A DNA stretch of 64,000 bases, taken from positions 9,110 through 73,109 of the IMG/VR virus record IMGVR_UViG_3300028830_000319; one strand, 5' to 3'. Under the pieces are notes generated by a model. It was not told where the DNA came from. It was given only the letters and a program-made list of their open reading frames with translations, and did no database searches. Origin of the DNA: a virus. The first letter of the stretch is position 1; every line of letters begins with the position of its first letter. A program made the position numbers and the translations under genes. Shown here in pieces: positions 19,954 through 30,009 of the stretch.

Positions 19954-20301
19954 TTATTCGTAGTGGCGCATCTTAACCCGCTTCAGCGACAGCGCCGCGT
20001 CGTTCCTCACGTGCGGGTTAAACGCGGACCAGTCAAAGCAATGTCCGATCCGGAAGTGGCAAAGTCGGGCCGGGTGCTGACAGAGCGTGATCAGATTGTC
20101 TGGATCAAGCTCGAGCGCCGGTTCCAAGTGATATGGTCGCACATGATGGACCTGAAGACGATCCTTTCCACCGCATGCCGCACACGTCGGAAACGCCAGC
20201 AGGTGAGCCCGTTCGATGGCCGGCCAACGACCCGAGCGCCCGAAGATGAACGCTTGGACTGCGTCAGAGCAGACGCGGAGTGTCGGTATCAAGGGTGACA
20301 T
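19954..20301 (-). CDS. HNH endonuclease
   Basis: CAACG...VHHVRP...NLITLC...CH. Confidence 0.85.
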   Translation of the reverse strand: MSPLIPTLRVCSDAVQAFIFGRSGRWPAIERAHLLAFPTCAACGGKDRLQVHHVRPYHLEPALELDPDNLITLCQHPARLCHFRIGHCFDWSAFNPHVRNDAALSLKRVKMRHYE

Positions 20302-20309
20302 CGAACGTC

Positions 20310-21521
20310 CTACGCCGCGGTGAGCGTCTTAACTGTGCCACTGCGCGCGAGTGCCGTATGCGTGATCGACTGAGTTGGATCTTCGATCTTTCCACCCGGC
20401 CGCAGTGTCGTGCTGCTGGAAGTAAGCGGCCGATCGTCTTTGGTGCGAGATAAGGTCCCTGGCCCAACGTACAGCGCACCAATCGTGCCGGTCCCTTGGT
20501 GGTCAACCGTGCCGCCGCTAATGTCGAGCGTGCCAATCGCTCCGGATCCGCTGATCGAGCATTGCCCGTCGTTGTGCGTGTAGGTACCGCCAATCGCTGA
20601 GCGAATCGAGATATTGCCGCTCATATTGGAGACATTGCACCCGGCCGGAAACGTCACGCCATCGCCACACCGGACCGTGGCGCCCTGATTCAACACCGCG
20701 GCAAAGGTCGCAACGTCGCCTCCGCCGGTCGCGATTCCGACGATGGTTTGCGATCCCTTGGTTGTGATCGAATTGGAGGCATGCGTTCCCTTGATCTGCA
20801 CCACCTCCTGCCCTTGGTCGATCGCGTTACCGCATCCTTGAACCTCGATCGTCGCTTGCACGGCGCCATAATCCAGCTTGATGCGCCCGCTGCCAGTACC
20901 GCTTCCGATTCCCAGGATCGTGTTCGTCGCCGGCATCCGCAGGAAGTCGGGCAGATATTCCGGGTAGCCAGAGGCATTCGTCTTGGGCAGTCCGAAAGTC
21001 CCGGTATAGCTCTGATACTGCAGGAGCTTTCCAAGCGTGACCGCGGATCGATCGCCGTAGAGCAAGGGCACCGCCCCGCTATCGATCACCAAGATATCGT
21101 TGGCAACGGGCAAGGCGCCGACCGAGCCATCCGACAGCTTGCGATAGTTCGCGCCATTGTCGATCCAATTCGGGCCACTGGCGGCGGTACCCGTTGCGGC
21201 CGTGAAGGTAGGCGATCCCGTTCCACCATGCGAGACCGTGATGGTAAACGGTTCGCCCGTCGCCGGACCGGTGCAAGTGATCGTTGATCCGCCCGTGGCA
21301 AACGTGATCTTGGCGAACTCGGGAATCGTGCTTGCCGCCAAGAGAGCTTGCAGTCCATTGCAGGCATCAGTGACCGTGGCGGCCGCCGCCGTATAGGTGA
21401 TCGATTTGCCGTTAATCGTCGCCGTGAACGTGCTGCCGATCGAGACGGAGCCAGGCGTTAAGGTGGTGACCTGTGCCACGGCCACGGCGCCGCCGATCCA
21501 GCGATAGGTTTCAACTGACAT
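20310..21521 (-). CDS. Gly/Thr-rich virion protein, possibly beta-helical
   Basis: 403 aa with beta-helix-like periodicity in the C-terminal half. Confidence 0.5.
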   Translation of the reverse strand: MSVETYRWIGGAVAVAQVTTLTPGSVSIGSTFTATINGKSITYTAAAATVTDACNGLQALLAASTIPEFAKITFATGGSTITCTGPATGEPFTITVSHGGTGSPTFTAATGTAASGPNWIDNGANYRKLSDGSVGALPVANDILVIDSGAVPLLYGDRSAVTLGKLLQYQSYTGTFGLPKTNASGYPEYLPDFLRMPATNTILGIGSGTGSGRIKLDYGAVQATIEVQGCGNAIDQGQEVVQIKGTHASNSITTKGSQTIVGIATGGGDVATFAAVLNQGATVRCGDGVTFPAGCNVSNMSGNISIRSAIGGTYTHNDGQCSISGSGAIGTLDISGGTVDHQGTGTIGALYVGPGTLSRTKDDRPLTSSSTTLRPGGKIEDPTQSITHTALARSGTVKTLTAA

Positions 21522-21542
21522 AGCAATAGATTCCTTATCGAA

Positions 21543-21911
21543 TTATTGGCCGAAGCCGCAAACAGCCCAGGCGATCCAAATGGTCACCAGGTGCCAGGTG
21601 TTATCGACGACAATGATTGACCAGGGCGAAAGCGGGCCGTCGCGGAATGCAAGTTGGCCCGTATAGGCCATCGATCGCCATGCCAAGCGGTAGCGATCGA
21701 TCAAGAAGTGCGATACCAGAAGCCAAAAAGATACCGGACCGCCTTGCAGTAAATACCAGTGATCCCATTCGAGTAGCCTGACAGCTTCGGTCCAAAGGCC
21801 CGCATGGATAAGGCAAACTAGCGTGCTACTGGTCTTGTTCTTGGCCATCCAGTCGTTCTGGAGCAAGTAATCGCCCACTAGGTGGCCAATGATCATTCCG
21901 GAGAGATTCAT
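21543..21911 (-). CDS. DUF3307-like membrane protein
   Basis: GHLVGDYLLQNDWMA, H...SHFLID, DNTWH. Confidence 0.8.
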   Translation of the reverse strand: MNLSGMIIGHLVGDYLLQNDWMAKNKTSSTLVCLIHAGLWTEAVRLLEWDHWYLLQGGPVSFWLLVSHFLIDRYRLAWRSMAYTGQLAFRDGPLSPWSIIVVDNTWHLVTIWIAWAVCGFGQ

Positions 21912-22231
21912 TATTTGACCTGCTTGGTGAGTGCTGATCCGCCCAGGAACTTGTTGATCTGGCTCTTGCGCACGGAGACCAATTCGCTCGGGCGTTTGAC
22001 CGCTTCCAACAGGCCATCGTTAATCCAGCGATGAACCGTATTGCGATGGACGCCGAGTTGCCGCGCGACTTCGCCAATCGGCACAAATGGATCTTCTTCG
22101 TGCGTGGGCGGATTGTCCTGCGCCTTCTTTAGGTCTTCGTTCTCGAGGTCCGACGAATCACCGCCGTCGGTGTTCTGGCCGGATCCCTGGCTCGTCGTGG
22201 TCATGTTTTCCTTCCTTTTGCGTCGGCTCAT
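21911..22231 (-). CDS. HTH DNA-binding protein (excisionase/MerR-like)
   Basis: IGEVARQLGVHRNTVHRWINDGLL. Confidence 0.8.
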   Translation of the reverse strand: MSRRKRKENMTTTSQGSGQNTDGGDSSDLENEDLKKAQDNPPTHEEDPFVPIGEVARQLGVHRNTVHRWINDGLLEAVKRPSELVSVRKSQINKFLGGSALTKQVK

Positions 22232-22241
22232 TTGTGCTTGC

Positions 22242-23888
22242 TCACCATCTGATCATGCGATCCGGTCTTTGATTACCCCCGAAGCCTGAATACGTGCTCG
22301 CCGGCCGTGGCACTGTTCCAGGCTGAACCATTCCCCCCCACGCTTGTCCGGCCGTGGTTCCATCGACGATCGCGGCATAGGCCGACATGTCGACTTGGTC
22401 GTTTACTTCGTTGTCCTTGCCGGTCCAGGTCAGCAGCTCGGAAATGTACTCAGGCTGCCACGAGTTGTTATCCGCGGGCAGAAAGACTTCCCCGCGCTCC
22501 ATTCGGTTTTGCAGTTCGGCCGAGCGTTCGACCTTCGCGCTGTCTCCATCGCGGCCGCTGACATACGCCGAGACCAGGCGAATGTCGATGTTCTCCTTCG
22601 ATAGCAGACTTTGCACCGCCGGCCCGAAGTGCTTGTTCTCCACCCACTGCGTACAGCGATAGCGTTTCCAGTTCTGCCGAAAGCCATCGCAAAGATCGGT
22701 AAACTCGGCCTGCTTGCGCCACACGTCCAACAGGATCAAGAACTTGCCGTACTTTGGCGGAGGAACGCACCAGGTACCAATAACGGACCAGGACCGTTGC
22801 CCCTTCTCTTCTTTGGCCTTGTCGCGGCTGGTGCCGGCGGTGTCTGCCGTCGTGAAGAATCTGGCTTCGCGCCGGTCGAACAACAGCAAGACGTCGCTGT
22901 CCGCCCTGAGCAGCACGATATGCTCCCCCAGGGAGCGATAAAACCGGAGCCAGGTCGGCTGGAAAATGCCGTTCTCGATGATTGACCAGTCGCCGTTGCG
23001 CAGCCGCGCGCGGGTGACAGGTGGCAGGTGAGACAGAGCCGTGTTGACGTAGGCCTCGGCGTCCAGCGCTGGGTTGTCCACGATCGCCGCCGGCACGAAG
23101 GCCCGCGTTTGCTCGGGATCCGCATAGAACACGCGCGGCGTGGAGTCGCTGATCGCCTTCAATGCCTCGTCCGTGATGAACCGACCCTTGCAGAAGCGGT
23201 GACCGATGTTGCCCGGGTTGGTGGCAGCGCGCACCCGCAAGGGAACTGGCATCGACAAAGACTTGCGCAGCCGGCTCATCATGAACAGATACGGGTTGTT
23301 TTCGCCCTCCAGTGGCAGAATGAACTCCGACAACTCGTCCCAGCCGATGAACTGGAACTCGGCCGACGCATAGCGAAAGCGATCGTCCGGCGAATCGATG
23401 TAGCCGAACTGCAGCACCGCGCCAGAGGGAAAGCGAAACGACTTCTCCTGACTGTTCCACCGGGCATCCGTCCCGGTAAGCCACTGCTTTGCCCGGTCCA
23501 TAATCGAGCCGGGCAAGCTCAAGCGAGGAAAATCCCGCCGCAGAATCAACGCCGAATAGCCTGGCACGTCCACGTATTGGAGTGCAGCCATAAGCAGCGC
23601 ATCGGTCTTGCCCGGGCCCGCGGCGCCGCCGTACAGCGCTTCGTGGCAGGTCAAATCCAAAAATAGCTGCTGCTTGGGCCATGGCTTATGAGGGCAGTAC
23701 CTTTCCAGAGCCGTTTTGGTGGACTCCTGCGTCTCGGCTGGATCCGTCAACAACCATTCGATCTGCTGAAGCTGGCTCTCCAACTCCGCTGTTTCTCGCG
23801 CGCTCGCGTAGGGTAGCAAGCTTCTGATCGAGGCCACCTTGGATCGCAAGGACTCGACTTCTTCGCTCGTCAATGGAGAGGCTGACAT
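22242..23888 (-). CDS. terL: Terminase large subunit (true start may be downstream)
   Basis: YGGAAGPGKT, IGWDELSEF, RAATNPG, nuclease DTAG and NDQVD motifs. Confidence 0.95.
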   Translation of the reverse strand: MSASPLTSEEVESLRSKVASIRSLLPYASARETAELESQLQQIEWLLTDPAETQESTKTALERYCPHKPWPKQQLFLDLTCHEALYGGAAGPGKTDALLMAALQYVDVPGYSALILRRDFPRLSLPGSIMDRAKQWLTGTDARWNSQEKSFRFPSGAVLQFGYIDSPDDRFRYASAEFQFIGWDELSEFILPLEGENNPYLFMMSRLRKSLSMPVPLRVRAATNPGNIGHRFCKGRFITDEALKAISDSTPRVFYADPEQTRAFVPAAIVDNPALDAEAYVNTALSHLPPVTRARLRNGDWSIIENGIFQPTWLRFYRSLGEHIVLLRADSDVLLLFDRREARFFTTADTAGTSRDKAKEEKGQRSWSVIGTWCVPPPKYGKFLILLDVWRKQAEFTDLCDGFRQNWKRYRCTQWVENKHFGPAVQSLLSKENIDIRLVSAYVSGRDGDSAKVERSAELQNRMERGEVFLPADNNSWQPEYISELLTWTGKDNEVNDQVDMSAYAAIVDGTTAGQAWGGMVQPGTVPRPASTYSGFGGNQRPDRMIRW

Positions 23889-24243
23889 CGCCGTTGATCA
23901 CAACTCCCGGGGATGCTTGTCGTCGGGCACGCTTCGATTCAACCAGCTTTTCGCCATCAAGGTTCAGTTTGTCGGCCGCAATGACCACGCGACTGGCCGC
24001 AATCTTGTCCCGATGCGTGGCCGTTGGCTTGTCCGGATCCGTGGGCGACTCCGCGCTGCCTACGATCTGCCCCATCTGCTCCATGATCCTGGCGCGAATC
24101 TCCGGCGAGACCGGCCAGCCCTCGCGAATCGCCCGCCGCACAAGCCGCATGTTCCCCTTGCCAGCATGCAGCGCTCCATCCCCCAGAACCCCCCGCGATT
24201 CTGGTGCTTCAGGCGCGAGCTTGTTCCCCTGTGGCGCGTCCAA
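23686..24243 (-). CDS. Putative terminase small subunit (probable TTG start)
   Basis: Helical ORF overlapping the 5' end of terL; G-rich RBS before TTG. Confidence 0.55.
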   Translation of the reverse strand: MDAPQGNKLAPEAPESRGVLGDGALHAGKGNMRLVRRAIREGWPVSPEIRARIMEQMGQIVGSAESPTDPDKPTATHRDKIAASRVVIAADKLNLDGEKLVESKRARRQASPGVVINGDVSLSIDERRSRVLAIQGGLDQKLATLRERARNSGVGEPASADRMVVDGSSRDAGVHQNGSGKVLPS

Positions 24244-24281
24244 GAGTTTCCCCCGTTCAGTACCCCGCTGGAGAGCGGAGG

Positions 24282-24788
24282 CTACATCTGCTGCAGCATG
24301 ATCGCCGGCAAGGTTCCGGTCGTTCCGCCGCCGACCAGAGCCGTGACAATGCCAATTTGAACGTAACTGTTGTTCTTGACGTCGACCTCGACCGGCGAGG
24401 TGTAGGCGTTGTTGTTGGCGTCTTGCTTGTCCGATCCCGTCGAGGCGGAAAGCGTCCAGCTGGTGTTGCCATTCGCATCCGCCAGAGCCGTTGGAACTCC
24501 GTTTTGATCGATCCCAATCAGTTGGATGACCGGAGCGGTGGTCACCGCTTGCCCCACCTGATACCGCAGGCACGCCCGAACGGTGGTTCCACCATGGTTC
24601 ATTTTGGCGGCGACATTACCAACGCGATTCAGGCCGCTAGGCTGTAGCAAATTCGCGCTGGTATCGACGGTTTTTGGATCGGTGCAGACCGCAACCCACG
24701 GCGTTTCGTCCGCTGTCGGCACCACCACTCCGCGCGGGGGTGCCGCTGAACGATTGAGCGACACCGCATTTGAAGGGTAAACCGACAT
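24282..24788 (-). CDS. Hypothetical beta-rich protein
   Basis: 168-aa ORF in the late operon. Confidence 0.55.
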   Translation of the reverse strand: MSVYPSNAVSLNRSAAPPRGVVVPTADETPWVAVCTDPKTVDTSANLLQPSGLNRVGNVAAKMNHGGTTVRACLRYQVGQAVTTAPVIQLIGIDQNGVPTALADANGNTSWTLSASTGSDKQDANNNAYTSPVEVDVKNNSYVQIGIVTALVGGGTTGTLPAIMLQQM

Positions 24789-24827
24789 GTGTTACTCCCT
24801 GGATCGTCGCCGCGGCCATCCGCTGCG

Positions 24828-25088
24828 CTACTGGCACGCGGCGATGCAGGCCTGCGCGATTTCCTTGGCTTTGGCGGCGATGTCTTCCGGTGAGGCGTTT
24901 AGTGTTTCCTGGCCCGAGACCATGGCGGCCGCGATTTGCAGCGTTCCGCATAGTTCGTGGCTCATACCGCCGGCAGCGATCAGCGCCGGTCCTTGCGGTC
25001 CCATAATCGCAAAGCCGACCGCGTTGGAAATTTCCATGGCGGCGTGCTGGATCGGGATTTGATTCGGTTGGATGATGCCGTTGGACAT
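24828..25088 (-). CDS. Hypothetical protein (86 aa)
   Basis: 3' part of ORF 24828..25493 from ATG 25088. Confidence 0.45.
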   Translation of the reverse strand: MSNGIIQPNQIPIQHAAMEISNAVGFAIMGPQGPALIAAGGMSHELCGTLQIAAAMVSGQETLNASPEDIAAKAKEIAQACIAACQ

Positions 25089-25238
25089 TGAAAGCCTGCT
25101 TAACTTGCCGAGTCTTCGTAGCGTTCGGCGTGTGGTTCTAGCGCATTCGGCATACTGAGAAAAGAGATACTTTCCGCAGTGGGCCATGTCGGTTATGGTT
25201 TCGCCGAGACAACTCCGCGCCATCATCGGAGGACCGCC

Positions 25239-25733
25239 ATGTGTGACGAAGCCGACGAAAGGCCAGAATATGACCGCGCGACTCAGCGACTGGGCGAATC
25301 GATCAAGAATACGATCCGCTACCACATGACAGAGTATTCGATGACCATGGAAACGATCGTCGGTACGCTGGTGATGACGGCAATTGAGGGGGCGGTCGCG
25401 GCGATCGTAGACGACAGTTCCTGGGAGGACGATGACACGGACGTCGTTCTTGAAAGCGAAGACGAGGACGATGCAGGACTCCCCAAGTCGCACTTAGAGC
25501 CGGTAATTCGGAGTGCGGCACAGCAGTTGCGCGGGCTGGCAACGAATTTCTACGTTGCGATGGGGCGACCGCCGGTCACATGCCACCTGCATCCATCGGT
25601 ACGCTTACTGTTGGATGCCGATCGACCACTCGGCACGTCGCCTGCGAGCGTCTGGGGCGCTTTGCAGTTTATCGAGGTACCACGGATGGAAAGCCAGCCG
25701 GTCAACGGTGCATATGTCTTTGTACTGGCGTGA
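25239..25733 (+). CDS. Hypothetical acidic protein, lone plus-strand gene
   Basis: RBS GGAGGA before ATG 25239. Confidence 0.6.
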   Translation: MCDEADERPEYDRATQRLGESIKNTIRYHMTEYSMTMETIVGTLVMTAIEGAVAAIVDDSSWEDDDTDVVLESEDEDDAGLPKSHLEPVIRSAAQQLRGLATNFYVAMGRPPVTCHLHPSVRLLLDADRPLGTSPASVWGALQFIEVPRMESQPVNGAYVFVLA

Positions 25734-25748
25734 TTTACCTGTCGCACT

Positions 25749-25787
25749 AAAAGCAAAAACCCGGCCGCCCAATAGGCAGTCGGGTTT
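25749..25787 (-). terminator. Intrinsic terminator after the sialidase gene (possibly bidirectional)
   Basis: ACCCGACTGCC/GGCGGCCGGGT stem (one mismatch) followed by TTTTTGCTTTT on the minus strand. Confidence 0.65.
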
Positions 25788-25937
25788 CGCAAGTCATTGG
25801 TGGTCATGATTGCGCAGATACAAAGCCTCCGCACAGGCACGATCGTGTAGCTCCCTCGGCGCTGAAACAAAGCCCCAACGCAGGCATAGGCTGATTACGA
25901 TACCTGCTGGCCGAGAATTGTCAATCAAATTGCTCTC

Positions 25938-28793
25938 TCAACGACCGATCAAGTCCTTTGCCAGCCTTCGGATAGTTCCATTCCGTAGGCGGTTCCGGCC
26001 GCGCTTGCTCGGCTGGTACACGGCCTGGGCCGCGGCTTGCTGGTGCTGCGCCGCCGTCCAAGCCACATTGGCCAGCAAAATCTGCTTGGATCTCAGATCG
26101 GCCGCGTTCTGCCCGTCCGGCCGCTGGGCAATCGAAGGCACTTTCGTGCTTGCGAAATTTCCATTGGAGCGCGCGACGCTGTTGGTGCTTTGGAAGTGCG
26201 TGAGAACCGGCGGCTGCAGCAGGCCTGGGAAAGGCCCCACATAGCCGTCGATCTTGCCCGATCCAGCACAATTGAGACCCACGTAATACCAGCCGGCATC
26301 CGACATGGCTGGCGCGTTGGCAATCGGCTGTTCGCTGAACCGTGGCCCCGTCCCGTCGCCAGCCAGGACCGAGATTTTACGCGTGGTCTGGTCCCGCACG
26401 ATGTCGATTCCGGGATTGCCGCTGGTCGAATTGTTGTTGGAAAACAACGTCTGGCCGTGGGATGGGTTGCTGGAAAAATAGAAGCACCCAGAAAACGTCC
26501 AGGTCATGTTGTTTTGGATGAAATCGTAGAGGGTCGTCAGAAGACCTTCCGCAGCGCCGGCGGCGCCGGAGACCGTGCTGTAGCTATGCCGCACGTGCCA
26601 GCCAATGACCGAATCGTAATCGAACCAGCAGCCGGTAAATCGCGTGCCGCCATGGGATGCGAACCGCGCGCCAGACACTCGGCAGCGCTGGCCATTGACG
26701 GCCCGGCCGCGGGCCAGCCCGGCGGGCGGAATACCGCCGCCGGTCTCGTCGACCGCGAAATGGAGGCCGCCATCGTTCGGATCGCACAATCGAAGCACCA
26801 GCCCGGGAAGGGTGCCAACGTCATTCGCGGGAACTGAGGCATAGATCCCGTTCTGCGCGGACCACGGCCGCTGTCCCCCGACCGTCAGGAAACCGCTCGT
26901 CGAGATCTGCATCGTCAGTCTGGCATTTTGAATGTCGAACGTTGAACAAGTAGTGCCGTCCGAGAATGAACCGAGGACAATATCCGCCGAGACGGTCAGG
27001 GCATTGGTTTCAAATGTTCCCGTCAGCACCGCTGAGGCGTCGAGAACGCCATCGACATAAACTCGCAGGGTTTGCGCGACGATGTCTCGCTCGAATCGGA
27101 AGCTGTGCCAGGCGCCATCGTCCCACCGCGCGGAAGTAGTGACTTCGTAATGCGCTGTGCCGATGGTCCGCCGAATGGCGAAAACCAGCTTGCCACTGGC
27201 TACCGTGACACCATATCCCAACGCCAAGGCAGTTGTGAGCCGCGAAGTCATAATCGGTCCATCGGCAATGCCGTTGGCCATGCGGATCACGAACTCGATC
27301 GTCATGGAGGTCGAGAGCAGCATCGTGGGGGGCGATTTTCCCGCGCTGGGGTTTTTTCGCCAGAGCAGGGGGCCTTTGGTCGCGCCGCCCAGCGAAAGGT
27401 AATTCCCCTTCGACACGGCCGAGGCCGACCCATATCCATAGCTGTCACAGTGCCAATTGCGCTCCATGATCCGATCGGTCGTGGCCAGCGTGTAATTGTT
27501 GGCCCACTGATTGAAATCCCACACGAAGTCCGGGGGCGTGGTGTCCGTAATCCATTCATTGCCTGCGCCGATCGGGATCCGCACCAGCCGAATCGCCGCG
27601 GTCGAGGCGAACGTTCCTTGGTCCCCAACCGGATCGTCGGTGCATTCAAACGCGACCAGAAGTTGGTTGTTACTTACAGCCGTGATCGCGCTGTAAGCCG
27701 AATAGCCATAGTAGATCGTCTTGATCACCCAAGACTGACCATTGTTCGTCGATTTGGCCAACGCCAGGCCACCCCGAATCGATGAATCGTTGGGGAAGAC
27801 CATGTACATATCGCCGTTGGGCATCACGATACCACTGCCCTGGCAATCGTTGGCGACAAGCGCCGTCTGGCTGCCGCCTGTGCCGTTTTCGACGATCATC
27901 GTTGATAGTGTGTCGCCTTGATTGGTCGACCGCGAGCTGGCGCGGAATCCGGAATTGAGCTTGCGAATTCCGAAGTAGATGTCACCATTGCCACACTCGA
28001 GCGCGAAGCTCTCATTCGAGTCGTCATTGGCGGAAACTGTAACATCCAGGCCGCCCCCCAGCGCCCAGGTCGGCGTGGCGGCATTCGGGTTGTCGCAAAC
28101 GATGGTGCCCATGTGGCTCGTGGCGCTGCCCGACAGGCCAATCCGATAGACGAATGGCACGATAATGCGTCCGGCCTTTGCTCCTTGCGCGAGCTGCAGC
28201 CCAGCTCCCGGACCGAATCGAAACCAGCCCCATGCACCCACGACCGACGGGTTGTAGCATGCGGGCTGAGAAGCCGGGTGGGTCGCATCGACGTGCATGC
28301 AAGTGCTGGTCAGATCAACGGGCGTAGACCAGGTCTTACATTCATCGTCGCTATAGGTGTACCAAGGGACGCTGGCGGCCGTGGTATTGCCTGCGCCATC
28401 GCCGAGCGTCGTGGTGTAATGCAAATGGACGCGTCCTTGGGTATCGACCGTCAATTCGCCCAAACTTTGCCAGTTTGCGCCCTGCGCATAGCTCGCATTG
28501 ACGAAGATTTCCTTGGGCTGCGTCCACACATTCCCGTCGAAAGATTCCATGTACCAGAAGGCCGCCGTCGCAAAGTCCGCGATCGAATCGCGACGCAGTT
28601 CGGCAATCTTGATGAACTTACCGCTTTTGCAGCGGCGCTTGAGCGGGATGCGGGCGCCATAATTTGCGGCGGCGGCTTGGCCAGCCGCGGAAGTGACATC
28701 CGTTTCGTGCGGTTGCAGGAGGTTGGCATAGGGACTGTAACCAGCCGATCCAGGTCCGGCGCCACCATGCCCGAATTGCAATTGCAGTCCCAT
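25938..28793 (-). CDS. GH33-like sialidase (Asp-box beta-propeller) fused to two LamG-like domains
   Basis: RIP motif; Asp boxes SFDGNVW, SDDECKTW, STNQGDT, STNNGQSW; AYS; two concanavalin-like C-terminal domains; RBS GGAGG. Confidence 0.8.
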   Translation of the reverse strand: MGLQLQFGHGGAGPGSAGYSPYANLLQPHETDVTSAAGQAAAANYGARIPLKRRCKSGKFIKIAELRRDSIADFATAAFWYMESFDGNVWTQPKEIFVNASYAQGANWQSLGELTVDTQGRVHLHYTTTLGDGAGNTTAASVPWYTYSDDECKTWSTPVDLTSTCMHVDATHPASQPACYNPSVVGAWGWFRFGPGAGLQLAQGAKAGRIIVPFVYRIGLSGSATSHMGTIVCDNPNAATPTWALGGGLDVTVSANDDSNESFALECGNGDIYFGIRKLNSGFRASSRSTNQGDTLSTMIVENGTGGSQTALVANDCQGSGIVMPNGDMYMVFPNDSSIRGGLALAKSTNNGQSWVIKTIYYGYSAYSAITAVSNNQLLVAFECTDDPVGDQGTFASTAAIRLVRIPIGAGNEWITDTTPPDFVWDFNQWANNYTLATTDRIMERNWHCDSYGYGSASAVSKGNYLSLGGATKGPLLWRKNPSAGKSPPTMLLSTSMTIEFVIRMANGIADGPIMTSRLTTALALGYGVTVASGKLVFAIRRTIGTAHYEVTTSARWDDGAWHSFRFERDIVAQTLRVYVDGVLDASAVLTGTFETNALTVSADIVLGSFSDGTTCSTFDIQNARLTMQISTSGFLTVGGQRPWSAQNGIYASVPANDVGTLPGLVLRLCDPNDGGLHFAVDETGGGIPPAGLARGRAVNGQRCRVSGARFASHGGTRFTGCWFDYDSVIGWHVRHSYSTVSGAAGAAEGLLTTLYDFIQNNMTWTFSGCFYFSSNPSHGQTLFSNNNSTSGNPGIDIVRDQTTRKISVLAGDGTGPRFSEQPIANAPAMSDAGWYYVGLNCAGSGKIDGYVGPFPGLLQPPVLTHFQSTNSVARSNGNFASTKVPSIAQRPDGQNAADLRSKQILLANVAWTAAQHQQAAAQAVYQPSKRGRNRLRNGTIRRLAKDLIGR

Positions 28794-28909
28794 GCTTGTT
28801 TTCGCCTCCGCGATTAGAAAGAGCGGTTCAAAGAGCGCCGAGAATCTAGCCAGCGCGCGGCGCTCAGTCCATGCAAATGTGTTTTTCTCTCTTTTTTTAT
28901 GGCCTGCTA

Positions 28910-28937
28910 TTGCAAACTTACTCGGCGTAGGTATATT
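28910..28937 (+). promoter_or_regulatory. Putative sigma70-type promoter of the plus-strand early operon
   Basis: TTGCAA-16 nt-TATATT preceded by a T-rich tract, in the divergent intergenic region. Confidence 0.5.
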
Positions 28938-29138
28938 TGTGGTCGTTGGGTGTGAGTGCTGCCTGAAAACAGCCTCCCACCTGTGACTAAGTAAGCGTTC
29001 TTGGCCATTTGCTAGGCCACTGACGCACACTTGCGTGCGAGAGTCTCCGTCGCCGATCAGCGTCAGCCTGTCGTGCTGCGCTGCTCGTTAGAACAGGGAA
29101 CTCCGCGCGCTGTCTTTAGCGCATGGGGGAATCTAGTC

Positions 29139-29927
29139 ATGTCGAGCAAGTTGTATTTGCACTGTGGTGGATTTTCGGTGGACCGCGAAATCGTGGAATG
29201 CGTGGCAACTCCCGAACGAACCGACTCGTTCGTGCCGATCCCGCACAAAGAAGCCATTGAGTTGGTCACTTCCTCGTTGCGGGATCACGGCTATGGAATA
29301 GCCAGCGAAGCGCATGCACTAGCTGCCGAAGGCCAGCGTTACTTTGGCCTGCTGGAGCTGGCCGGCGGCGACGGCGCGGCGGCCAATGACCACTCACTGA
29401 TCGTGGGCCTGCGCAATTCGCATGACCACTCGTTTTGCTTGGGTTTGAGCCTGGGGAGCCGGGTATTCGTGTGTGACAACCTGGCTTTTAGCGGCGAAGT
29501 CCGCGTCGCCCGCAAGCACACCGCACAAATTGCCCGCGATTTGCCGCGGCTCGTGAGTGGTGCCGTCGGATTGCTGGGTGACCTGCGACGGACCCAAGAA
29601 TCGCGATTCGCGCGATACAAAGAGGTCGAGATCGCTAACGCCACCGCGAATGACCTGCTGGTGCGGACCATTGAAGCAGGTGTGTTGCCCGTGACCAAGT
29701 TGCGGCTGGCAATCCAGGAATGGAAGGCACCGCGGCATGAGGAATTTCGCTCGGCCGGTCCAACCCTCTGGCGTTTATATAACGCGATTACCGAGGCCAT
29801 CAAGGGACGCGTCGAGCCGTTGCGGCTGGCGACTCCAGCGATTCACGGCCTGTTCGATTCCGCGGCCGGTCTTGATGCGAACCGCCTGTCCCTCGAATCG
29901 ATTTCTGACGCAACGGTTGCCGCTTGA
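29139..29927 (+). CDS. DUF932-family protein
   Basis: PIPH, GLRNSHD, RVFVCDNLAF, TLWRLYNAITE. Confidence 0.85.
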   Translation: MSSKLYLHCGGFSVDREIVECVATPERTDSFVPIPHKEAIELVTSSLRDHGYGIASEAHALAAEGQRYFGLLELAGGDGAAANDHSLIVGLRNSHDHSFCLGLSLGSRVFVCDNLAFSGEVRVARKHTAQIARDLPRLVSGAVGLLGDLRRTQESRFARYKEVEIANATANDLLVRTIEAGVLPVTKLRLAIQEWKAPRHEEFRSAGPTLWRLYNAITEAIKGRVEPLRLATPAIHGLFDSAAGLDANRLSLESISDATVAA

Positions 29928-29944
29928 TCTGGACGGTGGCCCCT

Positions 29945-29972
29945 CCGCCTTACGCCCCAATGCGTAGGGCGG
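29945..29972 (+). other. Stable intergenic hairpin
   Basis: CCGCCTTACGC-CCCAAT-GCGTAGGGCGG; no U-tail. Confidence 0.5.
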
Positions 29973-30009
29973 GGATGGCTATCGTTCAACACACCCCAGG
30001 GATATTGCC

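Noticed and set aside
21911-22231. True excisionase marking an integration module
   Set aside because: No integrase nearby; embedded in the late operon
25938-29030. Longest-ORF starts (29030 here; also 29031, 62605, 24573, 14499, 11460)
   Set aside because: The extensions cross promoters or overlap neighbours; downstream starts have a better RBS or coupling
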